Of a stretch of 64,000 bases of DNA, positions 63,588 through 64,000 are shown in pieces (position 1 is the stretch's first letter; the number at the start of each line of letters is the position of its first letter). Under the pieces are notes generated by a model, which was not told the DNA's origin, made no database searches, and was given only the letters and a program-made list of their open reading frames with translations. A program made the translations under genes and the position numbers. The stretch lies in the NCBI RefSeq assembly GCF_009914755.1, contig NC_060935.1; one strand, 5' to 3'. This DNA is from the human T2T-CHM13v2.0 reference genome, Homo sapiens.

Positions 63588-63812
63588 ACCTTTTCTTTCT
63601 CCCTTCCTTATTCTCTTCCTTCCTCTCTCCCTCTGTTCCTCCCTCCTGTCCCTCCCTTCCCTCCTGTCCCCCACTTCCCCTTCCCCTTCCCTTCCTTCCT
63701 TCTTTCCTTCTTATCTTCTTTCCTTCTTTCTTTCTTTCCTTCTTTTCTTTCCCTCTCTCTTTCTTTCTTTTTCTTTCCCTCTCTCTTTCTTTCTTTTTCT
63801 TTCTTTCTTTCC
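63588..63812. repeat. Polypyrimidine (CTTT/CCTT/CCCT) low-complexity tract
   Basis: About 220 nt of almost pure C/T. Confidence 0.95.
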
Positions 63813-64000
63813 TAAACAACCACTGATTAGCTCAAGAGCATTTACAGATCTATTTCTTTATTGCTTCCTTTAAAGGGTAAACATGTCAAACCAATATAAC
63901 ATTCTCTCAAAATAGTTAATCATTTTTATTGTTCTGCTTTTGATCCTCAGCAGTTTTTTCCATAAACTTTGTGATTTAGGGACTTAAATAGGTCCAAATT

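Noticed and set aside
63408-63819. Lys/Glu/Arg-rich ORFs
   Set aside because: These are translations of the purine strand of the low-complexity tract.

Overview
This is human (primate) genomic DNA, dense in Alu, L1, L2, MIR and LTR repeats. I recognise it as the head-to-head ALKBH8 / ELMOD1 locus. The main anchor is a spliced exon at 55170-55271 that encodes MKHFLR, the ELMOD1 N-terminus as I recall it, together with a CpG-island first exon ending at a donor at 28475. A second, minus-strand CpG promoter at ~2400-2930 has ZNF143/YY1-type motifs and fits ALKBH8 exon 1; that assignment rests on gene order, because no ALKBH8 coding exon is in the window. The ~25 kb between the two promoters is packed with solo LTRs. 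Only 17 nt of confidently annotated coding sequence are present, and nearly all ORF-track entries are Alu/LTR/low-complexity artefacts. I found no convincing new multi-gene system. The best leads are: (1) a candidate cassette exon at 62510-62645 that would turn the ELMOD1 start into a 12-aa uORF; (2) oppositely oriented Alu clusters bracketing the start-codon exon; (3) a nested two-exon 114-aa ORF unit in ELMOD1 intron 1 with a palindromic RFX X-box just upstream; (4) uORFs in both first exons; (5) small structural oddities, including a poly(A)-only insertion with a target-site duplication (TSD), a perfect 48-bp duplication and a chimeric three-arm Alu. Repeat family names come from memory of consensus sequences, and repeat boundaries are approximate.
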